Virus record (IMG/VR): IMGVR_UViG_3300020047_016550
Span: 1 to 64,000 of that record
Reading direction: 5' to 3' (one strand)
Length of the DNA: 64,000 nt
Origin: a virus
Taxonomy: Duplodnaviria; Caudoviricetes
The translations under genes and the position numbers were made by a program. A model generated the notes under the pieces. That model saw only the letters and a list, made by a program, of their open reading frames with translations, did no database searches and was not told the DNA's origin. Shown here piece by piece: positions 45,967-56,200 of the stretch; the stretch's first letter is position 1, and each line of letters begins with the position of its first letter.

Positions 45967-48900
45967 TTACATACAATCCATTAAATTTTTTAACTCCTGG
46001 CCGTATTGTCCGGCCGTATCAAATTTAAGCGAAGATAATTTGATTTGCTCAGCTGCCGTTTTAATTTTTTCGGGCCCGTATTCTTTGGCCAGCTCATTTT
46101 CCATCAAAACAGAATTTTCTTCATTAAAATCAAGCGAATTGAATGATTCGGGTATGCTGTAATTTTTTTTACTATTTGACTGATTTAAAGTTTCTTCATA
46201 AACATCTTTTATTGCCTGCATGGCTTTTTCTGCTTTTTCATCACCCACATACTCTTTTCTTGGTTGCCATTTTCCTTCAATCTGAACATTATAGTTTTCA
46301 ATATCTCTACTGCCTATTCCTGCAAAGTTTTTAGTTAGTGTTGGTGTTTCTGTAGGTTCAAATATTCCTATATCTGTTTTATTAACTACTTTATATTCAA
46401 TTTGCCAAGCTTCATTTAATCTTGGTTTAACTTTAGAATTAAAATAATCTACACTCCACCCTTCTAATTTACTCCATTGTTCAGCATTTTTACCACTACC
46501 TACTAATTTATGTAAGGGTTTTGTAACTTCGACTAATACTTTTTCTCCATTCTTACCTTCCCATTCTATAATATCTCCTTCTTTTAATTTTTTCCAATAG
46601 TCTATATGTCCATCAGATTCATATCTTGTAGTTGCAGTTCTTTCACCTTGCTTAATAGCTTCTATTGTAGAAATTGATTTAACATCTGACCTTTTATTAT
46701 CATTATAATTAAAAGTCATTTTACCTTTAGCTGAAATAGGTTTTTCTTTTGTTTTTTGTTCAAAGCTATACCACTGTTCAGTGTTTATATCCCAAACATA
46801 AACAGGTTTATTTAACTTAATACCTAATTGCACAGCAGTATTTGTACCTCCTTTAACACCATTATCATCACTATTTAATTTAGCAATAGCATAGACAGCA
46901 TCAGCATTATAAACTTGGTAGTAGTTTCTGATCTGAAGATTCTTCTTTATTGTATCTGTATACTTAGTAAGATACTCTGGTCCAAGAAGATCATTTATTT
47001 CAGCTTCAGCTTTATCAAGTTGTTCTTGAGTTAGAATAGTAGCACCTTGAATTTGTTTTGAAATTAATCCTGTTTTAGTAGTATTAAGCTCTGTAACTAA
47101 TCCAAAGTTATCGAACAGCTCTTGTTGTAACCACGTTGCAAATCTTGTTGGTAATTTTGCTTTCTCGGTAGCAAATCCTGGAGGAAATACTAGTTTGGAA
47201 TATCCACTATTGTTTATCCTGGATATCAATTCAGTATTTAATCTTGTAAACTCTTTAAAATCTGAATCTGTATCTGACCATTGACCACCAGCAACCTGAG
47301 TTTTCTTGGTGATTATAGCTAATGCATTTGGATTCCTGTTTCCATTTCTATCTGTCCTGATAATAGCTTGTGTCTGAGATACATTCTTATCAGTATCAAG
47401 CATTTCAGCATTCTCAGTAAAAATGAATCCTGTATCAGGATTATTTGGAGCAGTATCTTTTGTGTAATTAACTTTGGTAATCTGAACCCTATCTCTTAGT
47501 TGCTTAGAAAGATTTGCATTTCCGGCATCTTTATAGTGTTTATGATTAGTAACACCATATTCTCTACCAATTAAATCCCAATAAGTATCTCCCCCATAAG
47601 ATTCTCCTGAATGGTTTACAAAATCTTTCATTAAATTCGTTTTCTCTTTATTAAAATCAAATTCTTTGATTGTTTTCGCTTCACCACGTATCGCCAGCGG
47701 CTTAGAATTTGCTTTGTCCAGATAAAATACTGTCCACTCTTCACTTTCCGCATTTTCTTTGGCCCTCACAAAACGGCTCTGGCCTTCTTTAAGCTTTTTG
47801 AATGCGGAATCTCCTTTATAGTCACTTTCGTCAACTTTGCTTATCATATCAGCCATTCCGGGATTATAACGTATCACGTTTGCTATCCACGTAAGTTCTT
47901 TTTTATAGCTCTCATTTTTTTTGTAGGCATTGACAACCGCTTCTTTTCTTTTACCGAATTCAATCCGCGTCTGATCATCAATTATGGAAAAATAACCTTT
48001 TGCTTGTACGGACTCCGACATTCCGTTGTTTAAAACCTGGTTTGCCAGTAAAATCATTTTTTCTTCAAAAGGAAGCCGGCCGAATGCTTCTCTTACTGAA
48101 TTTTCATAGTTTATGTCACCCACCCGTTTTTTATAATCGGAACTCAATGTTACCGAATCGGAAGTTTTTCCGATATCAATGCTTAATGCTTCTTTTAAAA
48201 TTCCTGACTGTTTTTGCACAATTGCTATGGCCTGCTTTTGTACAGTTTCCGCATCAAAGTCAATAACGGCTGATTTGTCTATGATGTCGTAAATGGTTTC
48301 ATAAGTTGATTTGATAAATCTTGAAGGCATGGCTTGAAGTATATTCCATCCGTTAAAAGAAAAAAACGGATCTATGGCCATTGCATTTCTTTGCATTAAT
48401 GAATAACCCATTTTGTTTCTTTCAAGAATCGGACTTGTTTCGAATCCCGGCCAGTCAAATTTTTTCTGGAGTTTTACCATGGACTCCCGTATTTTCAAAA
48501 GCTCCCAGGGCTGAAACGTAAAACTTTTGGTCATTTTGATAATCGGATTTAATACAAATTGGATATCCGATGAAACATTCATAAGTTTTGAAAGATGAAC
48601 CAAAGCCATTAAACGGTCAATCGGTTTATCTGAATTAACATCGTATTGAGTAAGCTCAAACTTGTAAACATTGAAATTTCCGTCATAATTGTATGAGTCA
48701 TTAAGCTCTTTGTTTTTTCTTAATAAATCGTCAATTTCACCGTCAATGATATCTTTCAATTCTTCATTTGAAAGCATGCTTTGTCTTTTGTTGAGCTTTT
48801 CATAGATTTCAGTAAAGAACGGAGATTGCATATAACGGATGACTTCTTCGTTTGAACTTCCCGACATTCTCATTACCGAAGCCAGGGTAATGGTATCCGG

Positions 48901-51900
48901 TCCCATACGCAGTTCATCCATGCCTTGTTCTTTTGCATTGTCTGTCGCGTGGTTAAGTTTGTTTGCCAGCGCAAAAATAACGTCGTTGAGTTTTTTTGAA
49001 ATTACTCCGTTTACTTTTTCCAGGTTTAAAAAGTTTCCGGAAGTAGGAGTGACTTTTCCTTTTAAATATTTTAAAACAGGAAAATTGAATTTGTGTTTTA
49101 TGCCCTGTGAAAGAATATAAGTAAAAGCGGCATTGTCGTTTGCCTGAATGGATATTCCCGTTTTACCGTTGGAATTTGCATCCCATGAAGCAGTCATATC
49201 AACAAGACTTAACTGGCTTGGTTTTTCTTTGTTTGACGCACCCCGTTCGTTTTGTGCAATCTCAATATCTTTTTGCGTGTCAATGGGAGTAGTAAGATAT
49301 TCGTGGTTTCTGGGTTTTCCGTTTAAAAGCGTTTCGTATTCGGATTTCATTGCTCCGATTATTTTATTGCTTAACGCTTTTTTCTTTTTGTCTTCAAGCC
49401 GGCGTTTTTCTTTTTTCATTTCAACGGCCCGTTCATCTGAAACTTTAACGGATTCAGAATTTAAAAAACGGTCAATTTTATCTAAAATATCCTGATCTCC
49501 TTGTGTAAACGTAACAAGTTTTCCTTCTTTTGTACGGTATTCACCCATTACATGCCGCTGGTCTCCGTCATTGTCGGAACCGGACATTTTTTGTGTTCCG
49601 GGATCCACTATCATCATGTTTTCCATGTCGCCCGTCGTAAATCCGGCAATTTCAACAAGTGAAACCGAATGAAGCGCGGAAGTCGGGATTCTTTCAATCA
49701 ATACCTTGTCTCCTTCAACACGAAATTTTCCGTTTTCTTCAAAAATAGGATTTGTTCGGAATTCTCCCCTGTAGTTTTGGGCTTCTTCCAACGTAGAGAA
49801 TGTTTCACCGGCAATGTATCTGTTTGCAAATTCAGCGGGCATGATTACTTCAGGAAAAAGCCAGTGTTCTTTTCCTTCAATGTCTTTTACCGCTTTTTGG
49901 TTTTTACCTCCGTAAGTACGGAGTTTTATTCCCAATGCAGGAACTTCGGTAAGAATGTTTTTGTTTACTTTGGTATCAATCGCTTTTTTCTTTATTTCGG
50001 AACCTATGAGGGTATAAATTGTTTTTAATGCATCACGGTCAAACATCCAGTTATATCCCGGAATTTTCATTTTCTCGATAACCGGATTATAATCACCTTC
50101 TTTTTGTCTGTTGATTACACGGTCTTTTGCATTTTTTCCTTCTTTTAAAAGTTCTTCCTGTAACCGTTCGGTTTCAATACGTGCAATTTCATTTAATGAA
50201 GATACAATTTCCGGGCCGCTGTCCGTAGGTAAAAAATATGATATGCCCTGTGTGGGCATTTTACCTTCGGTTTCTTCCGTTGACTGTCTTTGGTCTTGCT
50301 GGACATAATAAAATTCATTATTCAGAATTTCTGTTTTAACCGATTCCGGATTTGAATCATTGTCAATTAAAAATGAAGCATCAGCCCATCCGTTTTTTTT
50401 CTTTAATGCTTCGAAAAATGCATTTTTTTGTTTTTCAATACGTTTTTCATTCAGTTTTCCTTCTTTGCTTCTTTTGGCTCCCGTCGTAAATGAAATCTGA
50501 TCAATTTCTTCGGCATCCATTAAATCAAGAATGTTGAGAAGAGTGTAATCAGGCATACCTCTTTCTTCATTAAAATTTGCAGCAAATTCAGCAAATTCAC
50601 GGCTTATAAGAACGGTATTTGTTTTAATATAGGTATGGGCACCCGTAGCTAAATCCATTTCATTATAAATCGCTTTTATTGATCCGCCGAAATCAAAAGT
50701 GTTTCCAAACGATTTGTTTATTTTTGAATTCTGTACTGAATTGATAATCGTGATTCCGTCAGCCAGCTCCGCTTTCATCGGTAAACCCAGGCTTTCAAAA
50801 AATGAAGAGTAAATCTCCGAATCAATTTCAAAATCCGGAATAATAAGCGCTTTCTGTGTTTTACCCATTCCCCCTTCTATTTCCGTATCGGGATTTACCC
50901 CGGAAGCCCTCATTTCGCGTTTTACTTTGTCGATAAAACCTTTGGAGTAATTTTCAGGATTTCCGTAATAAAAATGATCCGTAAATATTTTGTTCACGGC
51001 AAAAGAATAAGCAAACTGTAATGCAAGGTCATTGGCGGTAATTCCGTTTACCGTAAGTTTATTTAAACCTATTTTGCTGCTTACCGTGTTGAGCATTTTC
51101 AAATAAGTATATGAATCCTCCAAAAGTTTTTCTTCGGTGATTTCATTGGCTATTTTATTTATTTCGGGATTTTTGCTTTTCTGTAAATCCGAAAGTATTT
51201 TTTTAGATTCTTCTATTCCGTATTTTTTAACCGGAACATAAATCTGTTTTCCCTTATCGGACATTACCTCGACAAGCTGGCCCGTTTTTCCTTTTCCGAA
51301 TAAGTTCTGGAAATCATTTCCAAAAAACATTATTAAATGATTCAACATGATGTCGGAACCTTTCTGCTGGTCCGCTTTCATGTTTCTGTTACCCTGGATT
51401 AAAGCCCCGTCAAACAAAATCATTGTTCCTTCAGGGTTTCCGTTTTGAAGATAATCATTCCTCATTACGGTTCCGTTTTCCAGCTCATAATCAAAACGCC
51501 TGTTTTCTTTTATTTCATCGGTTTTGATTTTGTGGGTAAGCTTGGATATCGTTGAATTGTATTCTCCGGTAGTTTTTAAGTCTTTGTTTACGTCCTGGTA
51601 TGAAGAAGCCAGCTGGTCCGGTTTCGGATCTAAATTCAGTCTCGCAATGTTGTCAATCTGTGGACTGATTACTTTTCCCGTAGTTGCATTTACCGTTTGT
51701 TTTGTCAGAGAATCACGGACTTTTTTTGCCGACAATACGGGCTCGTCTATTTTAATTTTGTCATATATGTTGTAGTAAATATTAGTTCTGGGCATTATAA
51801 ACGGAGCGTCAATTGCATATTGCATGAGATAAAAATGTGCAAGATTTTCAAATCCTTTGTAAGTAGGCTTTTTGCCTGTTTCAATTGACATTGAGGATTT

Positions 51901-53241
51901 ATTGTATTCTTTCATCATTTCCGGCGGTATCCCGGTTAACGTATGGGCAAACATAAGCTCCATGTTTTCGTATTCAAGAAGCTGTCTGTATATGACTTCG
52001 GTTCTTTTGTCTTTTTGGGCTTCATCCAAAAACTGAAGCGCAATTTCTTTTGCTTTTTCAGGATTTGAAGCTACGGCCGAAACGTCTTTCAAAAAGTTTT
52101 TGTAAGTCATTTCAACTTCCTGGTTCCCATAATTTATTTTCACTTTACGGGCCATGAACTGGGCAGGAAAACTTTGTTTTGCATAACTGTTCAGTTCACC
52201 GATAATCCATTTTCTTTTTTTCTCAAAATCAGAATAGGCATCTTTCATTTTTTTTACCGCTTCTTTTTTGTTTTCACGGTTTTCAAGTATGTCACTAATG
52301 GTTGAGCCCTGAATGAATTTGGTAAGGTTTGATGCTATTACGAATTTATTTTCGAGTGCATTGCTCAATCCTATCTGATAAGTGCCGTAACTGTTTTCAA
52401 TTACCCGGACGGCCGGAACCATAATCATTGATCTTACATATTGACGAAGGGAAACTAAAAGTTTGTTTGATGCATTTTCTGAGATTTCTTTTACCCAGGT
52501 GCCCAATTTTTCATTGTAGCTGTCCGCGGCCATAAAATATTCTTTTACGGATTTCTGCGTCATCTGAACGTTTTGCACATAATCAGAAATCATCCTTAAA
52601 AGATAATCCGGAGTAACGTTCATTTTTTTGGCAACCGGGCTCCAAAGCTTATGCATTTTTTTGGTATCACCGTCAAAAGTTTTTTCATCAAAAGCCTGCG
52701 CCACACTTTCTTCCATCGCTTCTTCCAAAGCTTCGTTGTTGGTTTCAAATATTTCGGCAATGGCTTTCATTTTTTCTTTACGGGACAAAAGACTTTCATT
52801 TAACGAAGCTTCCGTAAAACTTTCAAATCTTGACGAAATCATTGAATGGATCGCGTTAAAGTATTCAATGATTTCGTTATTGTTGAGTGAATTGGGATTC
52901 ACTTTTTTATCCATGATTAATTTTCTGGATATTTTTTCGGCCATACGGTAATTGTCGCTTTCATCCAGAAGTTGTGCTTCGGACATAATCATGCTTTCAT
53001 TGGCATCAATGATGTTTTTTACTTTTTCAGAAAGCTGTGTACGGTTTTTTTTAATCGCGCTGTTTATTTCATTAAAAAGCTGGCTTTTGGTAACAACTCC
53101 TTCGTTGATGAAATTTGCAATATTTTCTGATGCATAAAGCTCGTTTAGGATATCTTCATAAGAAGTAAAGCCTTCCTTTACGGAAAGCTTTATAAATTCT
53201 CTTATCTCATCTATCGGAACGCATTTTTTCATAATGAACAC
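45967..53241 (-). CDS. Virion-packaged RNA polymerase (crAss-like, 2424 aa)
   Basis: ERIPTSALHS followed by SGSDNDGD (DxDGD at 49561-49575), LADGITI, KAIY..YIKTN and HATDNAKE, within a trio of giant genes. Confidence 0.85.
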   Translation of the reverse strand: MFIMKKCVPIDEIREFIKLSVKEGFTSYEDILNELYASENIANFINEGVVTKSQLFNEINSAIKKNRTQLSEKVKNIIDANESMIMSEAQLLDESDNYRMAEKISRKLIMDKKVNPNSLNNNEIIEYFNAIHSMISSRFESFTEASLNESLLSRKEKMKAIAEIFETNNEALEEAMEESVAQAFDEKTFDGDTKKMHKLWSPVAKKMNVTPDYLLRMISDYVQNVQMTQKSVKEYFMAADSYNEKLGTWVKEISENASNKLLVSLRQYVRSMIMVPAVRVIENSYGTYQIGLSNALENKFVIASNLTKFIQGSTISDILENRENKKEAVKKMKDAYSDFEKKRKWIIGELNSYAKQSFPAQFMARKVKINYGNQEVEMTYKNFLKDVSAVASNPEKAKEIALQFLDEAQKDKRTEVIYRQLLEYENMELMFAHTLTGIPPEMMKEYNKSSMSIETGKKPTYKGFENLAHFYLMQYAIDAPFIMPRTNIYYNIYDKIKIDEPVLSAKKVRDSLTKQTVNATTGKVISPQIDNIARLNLDPKPDQLASSYQDVNKDLKTTGEYNSTISKLTHKIKTDEIKENRRFDYELENGTVMRNDYLQNGNPEGTMILFDGALIQGNRNMKADQQKGSDIMLNHLIMFFGNDFQNLFGKGKTGQLVEVMSDKGKQIYVPVKKYGIEESKKILSDLQKSKNPEINKIANEITEEKLLEDSYTYLKMLNTVSSKIGLNKLTVNGITANDLALQFAYSFAVNKIFTDHFYYGNPENYSKGFIDKVKREMRASGVNPDTEIEGGMGKTQKALIIPDFEIDSEIYSSFFESLGLPMKAELADGITIINSVQNSKINKSFGNTFDFGGSIKAIYNEMDLATGAHTYIKTNTVLISREFAEFAANFNEERGMPDYTLLNILDLMDAEEIDQISFTTGAKRSKEGKLNEKRIEKQKNAFFEALKKKNGWADASFLIDNDSNPESVKTEILNNEFYYVQQDQRQSTEETEGKMPTQGISYFLPTDSGPEIVSSLNEIARIETERLQEELLKEGKNAKDRVINRQKEGDYNPVIEKMKIPGYNWMFDRDALKTIYTLIGSEIKKKAIDTKVNKNILTEVPALGIKLRTYGGKNQKAVKDIEGKEHWLFPEVIMPAEFANRYIAGETFSTLEEAQNYRGEFRTNPIFEENGKFRVEGDKVLIERIPTSALHSVSLVEIAGFTTGDMENMMIVDPGTQKMSGSDNDGDQRHVMGEYRTKEGKLVTFTQGDQDILDKIDRFLNSESVKVSDERAVEMKKEKRRLEDKKKKALSNKIIGAMKSEYETLLNGKPRNHEYLTTPIDTQKDIEIAQNERGASNKEKPSQLSLVDMTASWDANSNGKTGISIQANDNAAFTYILSQGIKHKFNFPVLKYLKGKVTPTSGNFLNLEKVNGVISKKLNDVIFALANKLNHATDNAKEQGMDELRMGPDTITLASVMRMSGSSNEEVIRYMQSPFFTEIYEKLNKRQSMLSNEELKDIIDGEIDDLLRKNKELNDSYNYDGNFNVYKFELTQYDVNSDKPIDRLMALVHLSKLMNVSSDIQFVLNPIIKMTKSFTFQPWELLKIRESMVKLQKKFDWPGFETSPILERNKMGYSLMQRNAMAIDPFFSFNGWNILQAMPSRFIKSTYETIYDIIDKSAVIDFDAETVQKQAIAIVQKQSGILKEALSIDIGKTSDSVTLSSDYKKRVGDINYENSVREAFGRLPFEEKMILLANQVLNNGMSESVQAKGYFSIIDDQTRIEFGKRKEAVVNAYKKNESYKKELTWIANVIRYNPGMADMISKVDESDYKGDSAFKKLKEGQSRFVRAKENAESEEWTVFYLDKANSKPLAIRGEAKTIKEFDFNKEKTNLMKDFVNHSGESYGGDTYWDLIGREYGVTNHKHYKDAGNANLSKQLRDRVQITKVNYTKDTAPNNPDTGFIFTENAEMLDTDKNVSQTQAIIRTDRNGNRNPNALAIITKKTQVAGGQWSDTDSDFKEFTRLNTELISRINNSGYSKLVFPPGFATEKAKLPTRFATWLQQELFDNFGLVTELNTTKTGLISKQIQGATILTQEQLDKAEAEINDLLGPEYLTKYTDTIKKNLQIRNYYQVYNADAVYAIAKLNSDDNGVKGGTNTAVQLGIKLNKPVYVWDINTEQWYSFEQKTKEKPISAKGKMTFNYNDNKRSDVKSISTIEAIKQGERTATTRYESDGHIDYWKKLKEGDIIEWEGKNGEKVLVEVTKPLHKLVGSGKNAEQWSKLEGWSVDYFNSKVKPRLNEAWQIEYKVVNKTDIGIFEPTETPTLTKNFAGIGSRDIENYNVQIEGKWQPRKEYVGDEKAEKAMQAIKDVYEETLNQSNSKKNYSIPESFNSLDFNEENSVLMENELAKEYGPEKIKTAAEQIKLSSLKFDTAGQYGQELKNLMDCM

Positions 53242-56200
53242 GGATTTCTTTTGTTGTCAATATTAGCAATTATTTCCTGTTTTTTCCTGGCTATTTCCTT
53301 TTTTTCGGTTTTGGCCTGTTCAATCATTCTTTCAAAACGTATGTCAATTTTTTCTTCTTTGGTAAGTGTAGGATCCGTTTCGGTTTCTATCACAGAACCC
53401 GTTTGCGGATTTTTGGTTTTGGTCTGGAGTCTTCCGTTTTCGGTAATCTTTCTTGAACCTAAACCTTCAGAAATATTGCTTACCAATTTTCCGGCCGGAT
53501 CACGTACTTCAATTTTATCTCCATAAGGTGTGCCGTCTTTTCTTTTTGCTTCGTCAAAACGGTTCCATTCGTTTTTTGGAACATAGTTCAAAGTCACCGG
53601 TAATGATTCTCCGGGTTTTAAGTCTTTGTATTTTTTTGGCAGTTTATAGGAAACCATTTGTAGTTCACGGCCCGAATTGTCAACTACCGCAATCCGCGTT
53701 TCTCCGTTTTTTTGTGCCAGGGCCTTTACTTCCATTTTATACTGGCGTTTTCCTGTTTTCTGAAAAACATCGGCCAGCTTTTTTACGGTAGTTTTAAAAC
53801 GGTTTGCATGGCTTAGTGCGTTATGTTTTTCAATGTCCGTTTTTCCTTTTATTTTTTGTTTTGATTCAGGTAATGATTCTTTTTTTCCAAGATTTTGGTA
53901 ATAATCATTTACGGCATCAATATCTAATCCGAATTTTTCAGAAAAATTTATTCTTAAGTCTTCAATTTCTTTTGTTAAATCAGTTCTGTTATTTTCTTCT
54001 TCAATATTTTTTTTCGTAATTCCTGAAGGAAATTCATTTACTGTTTCAATAATTAAATCAATGACATCTTGTTCATCATATCCTGAATGGCCCTCACTTC
54101 TTAATTCTTCCAATAGGTAATCCGAAACAAAAGTATCTATTTTGACTCCTTTTTCTGAAAACCATTTTTTTTCAGATACATCGGTTACGTTTTCTTTTAT
54201 TTCTTTTAATGGTTTAAATTTAGTTTTGAGGATATTTGACATAATTATTGATTTCAAAGATCTTGAACCGTTTTTTTGTGCATTTTTTGAAATTTCATAA
54301 TTATAATCTTCAATAAATTCAATGACTTGTTTTTTTGTTTTTGGAGTTAAAACATTGTTCCACCATACATTTATCATGTTTGGTATTTTAGAAGCTTTTT
54401 TTGAATGGCTTATGGTATGTTTTGATGATTTTTTTTCTGTGCCTTGATTATCCGTGAATATAATCTTTTCATTTTCAAAATCTATTTGAGCTTTTGTTGA
54501 AGAAGTTAATTTGTATCCTTGATTTTGTTTTGATTTAGATGATTTTGTATTTACAGTTTCCGTATTTGTTTTTTGAGCCGGTGTGCTTGTTTTGGTAGAT
54601 GGTGTACTAACGGCTTCGGCAGCTGGCAATTTCGTCCCAATTTCTTTTTTCCCACTTAATATTTCAACAACATCATTTTTAAATTTAGATAATCCATCTC
54701 TGTTTATTACATTACTATCAGTTTGCTTGTAATCAGCCGATTTTAATTCAAAAATAGCCTGTTCCATTTCAGGAGTAATATTATCCGTAAGTTCAAATAT
54801 TACAGAAGCACCTCCTTCTCTCCCGAAAACATCACTTCCAGACATCGCAACTTGAATGTATTGTTTTTTATTTTTACTTTCAAAAACTCGATATTTTGCA
54901 CCCGTAGTTCTATAATGTTTTTTATCCGTAGTCTTTTCACCTTCAAAATTAACGTAAGTAAAGTCCGCAGATGTACGAGGGTCGGTATCAAACGTCCTCA
55001 TTTCATTTTCACCCCCTATTGTGTTTTCAATTTGTGTAAGTCCAGATAATGTAGAGTTCGATATTACTGCATTTTCATTAATTATAGAACCTTGATTTTG
55101 TTTTTCAACCGTTGCCTCACCCACTACCGTTTCAGCAGGCGAAACAACAGGGGATATTTCACCCCCGTTGTCAACCGTAGTTTGCTCAACTACGGGGGGC
55201 ACAACTTCAGGTGAAACAGTTTCAGCCGAAGATTCTTTTTTCTGTTTTTTGGATACGGGAACAACCATATATTCACCCGGTGAAATTAAAGTTCCGTTAC
55301 TCCATACTTCATTTTTTATTACCCGCGTTACAGAACCTTCCGGCAAATCAGAAGTTGCATCAGGTATAATTTTTGATTCTTTTGAAATTTCATTTGAACT
55401 TTTATATGCCGGTATTTCATACTCAGTACCGGCCAGGTCTTCAATTTCCGCTTCATATATTTCTTTTTCCGCACCCTCAAGCTCAGAAGGGTTGACATTG
55501 GCCAGCCATTTAACTTTGCTTTCCATGTTCACTTTTTCATTTATTGCCATGGCCAAAGCATCCTGGGAATTTTTCACGGTTTCTTTTTCTTTGTCGGCTA
55601 AAACAAAAGGATCGGTCTCAGGAATTTCTGCTTCCGTTTTTTCAGTTTCGGGCTCTGCTTTTTTTGCGGTTACTTTTAATGAAGGTTTTTTATTTGCGTT
55701 TTTGTCCCTGTTTGCGATTTCATTCCCGGCAATGGCCAGAAGTTCTTTTTGATGTTTTAAATGCTCCTGGGCCCCATGTAAACCGTTTCCGCTTATGGTT
55801 TCTTCACCGTTTACGATATCCCATTTAAACATATCATAGTCAGGAAGATTTTTCTCGCTTTCGGTTTTAATCAAAAGTTCTAAATCGGCAATATTTTTTT
55901 TGGTTGTCTCAATAAGGTTTTCAACTTTGTCAATGGTAACTTCCGGCATTGTTTTTTTTACCATTGCTCTTTCTTTCTGCAAATGTCCGGATATGGCCAC
56001 ACTTTCAATTTCCATCAGTTTATCCCGTTCTTCCTGATTCATGGCCATTCTTTTTTCACGGGTTTCTTCAACGGCCTGTTGGGTGCCTGTTTTTTTCCCG
56101 TCAGGATCTGATGAACCCATGGCCATACCCATTAAAAAAGTTCCGGCCAGAAAGAATGTGGCATCACTTACATTTCCAAACTGCTGTTTAATCTGGCCCA

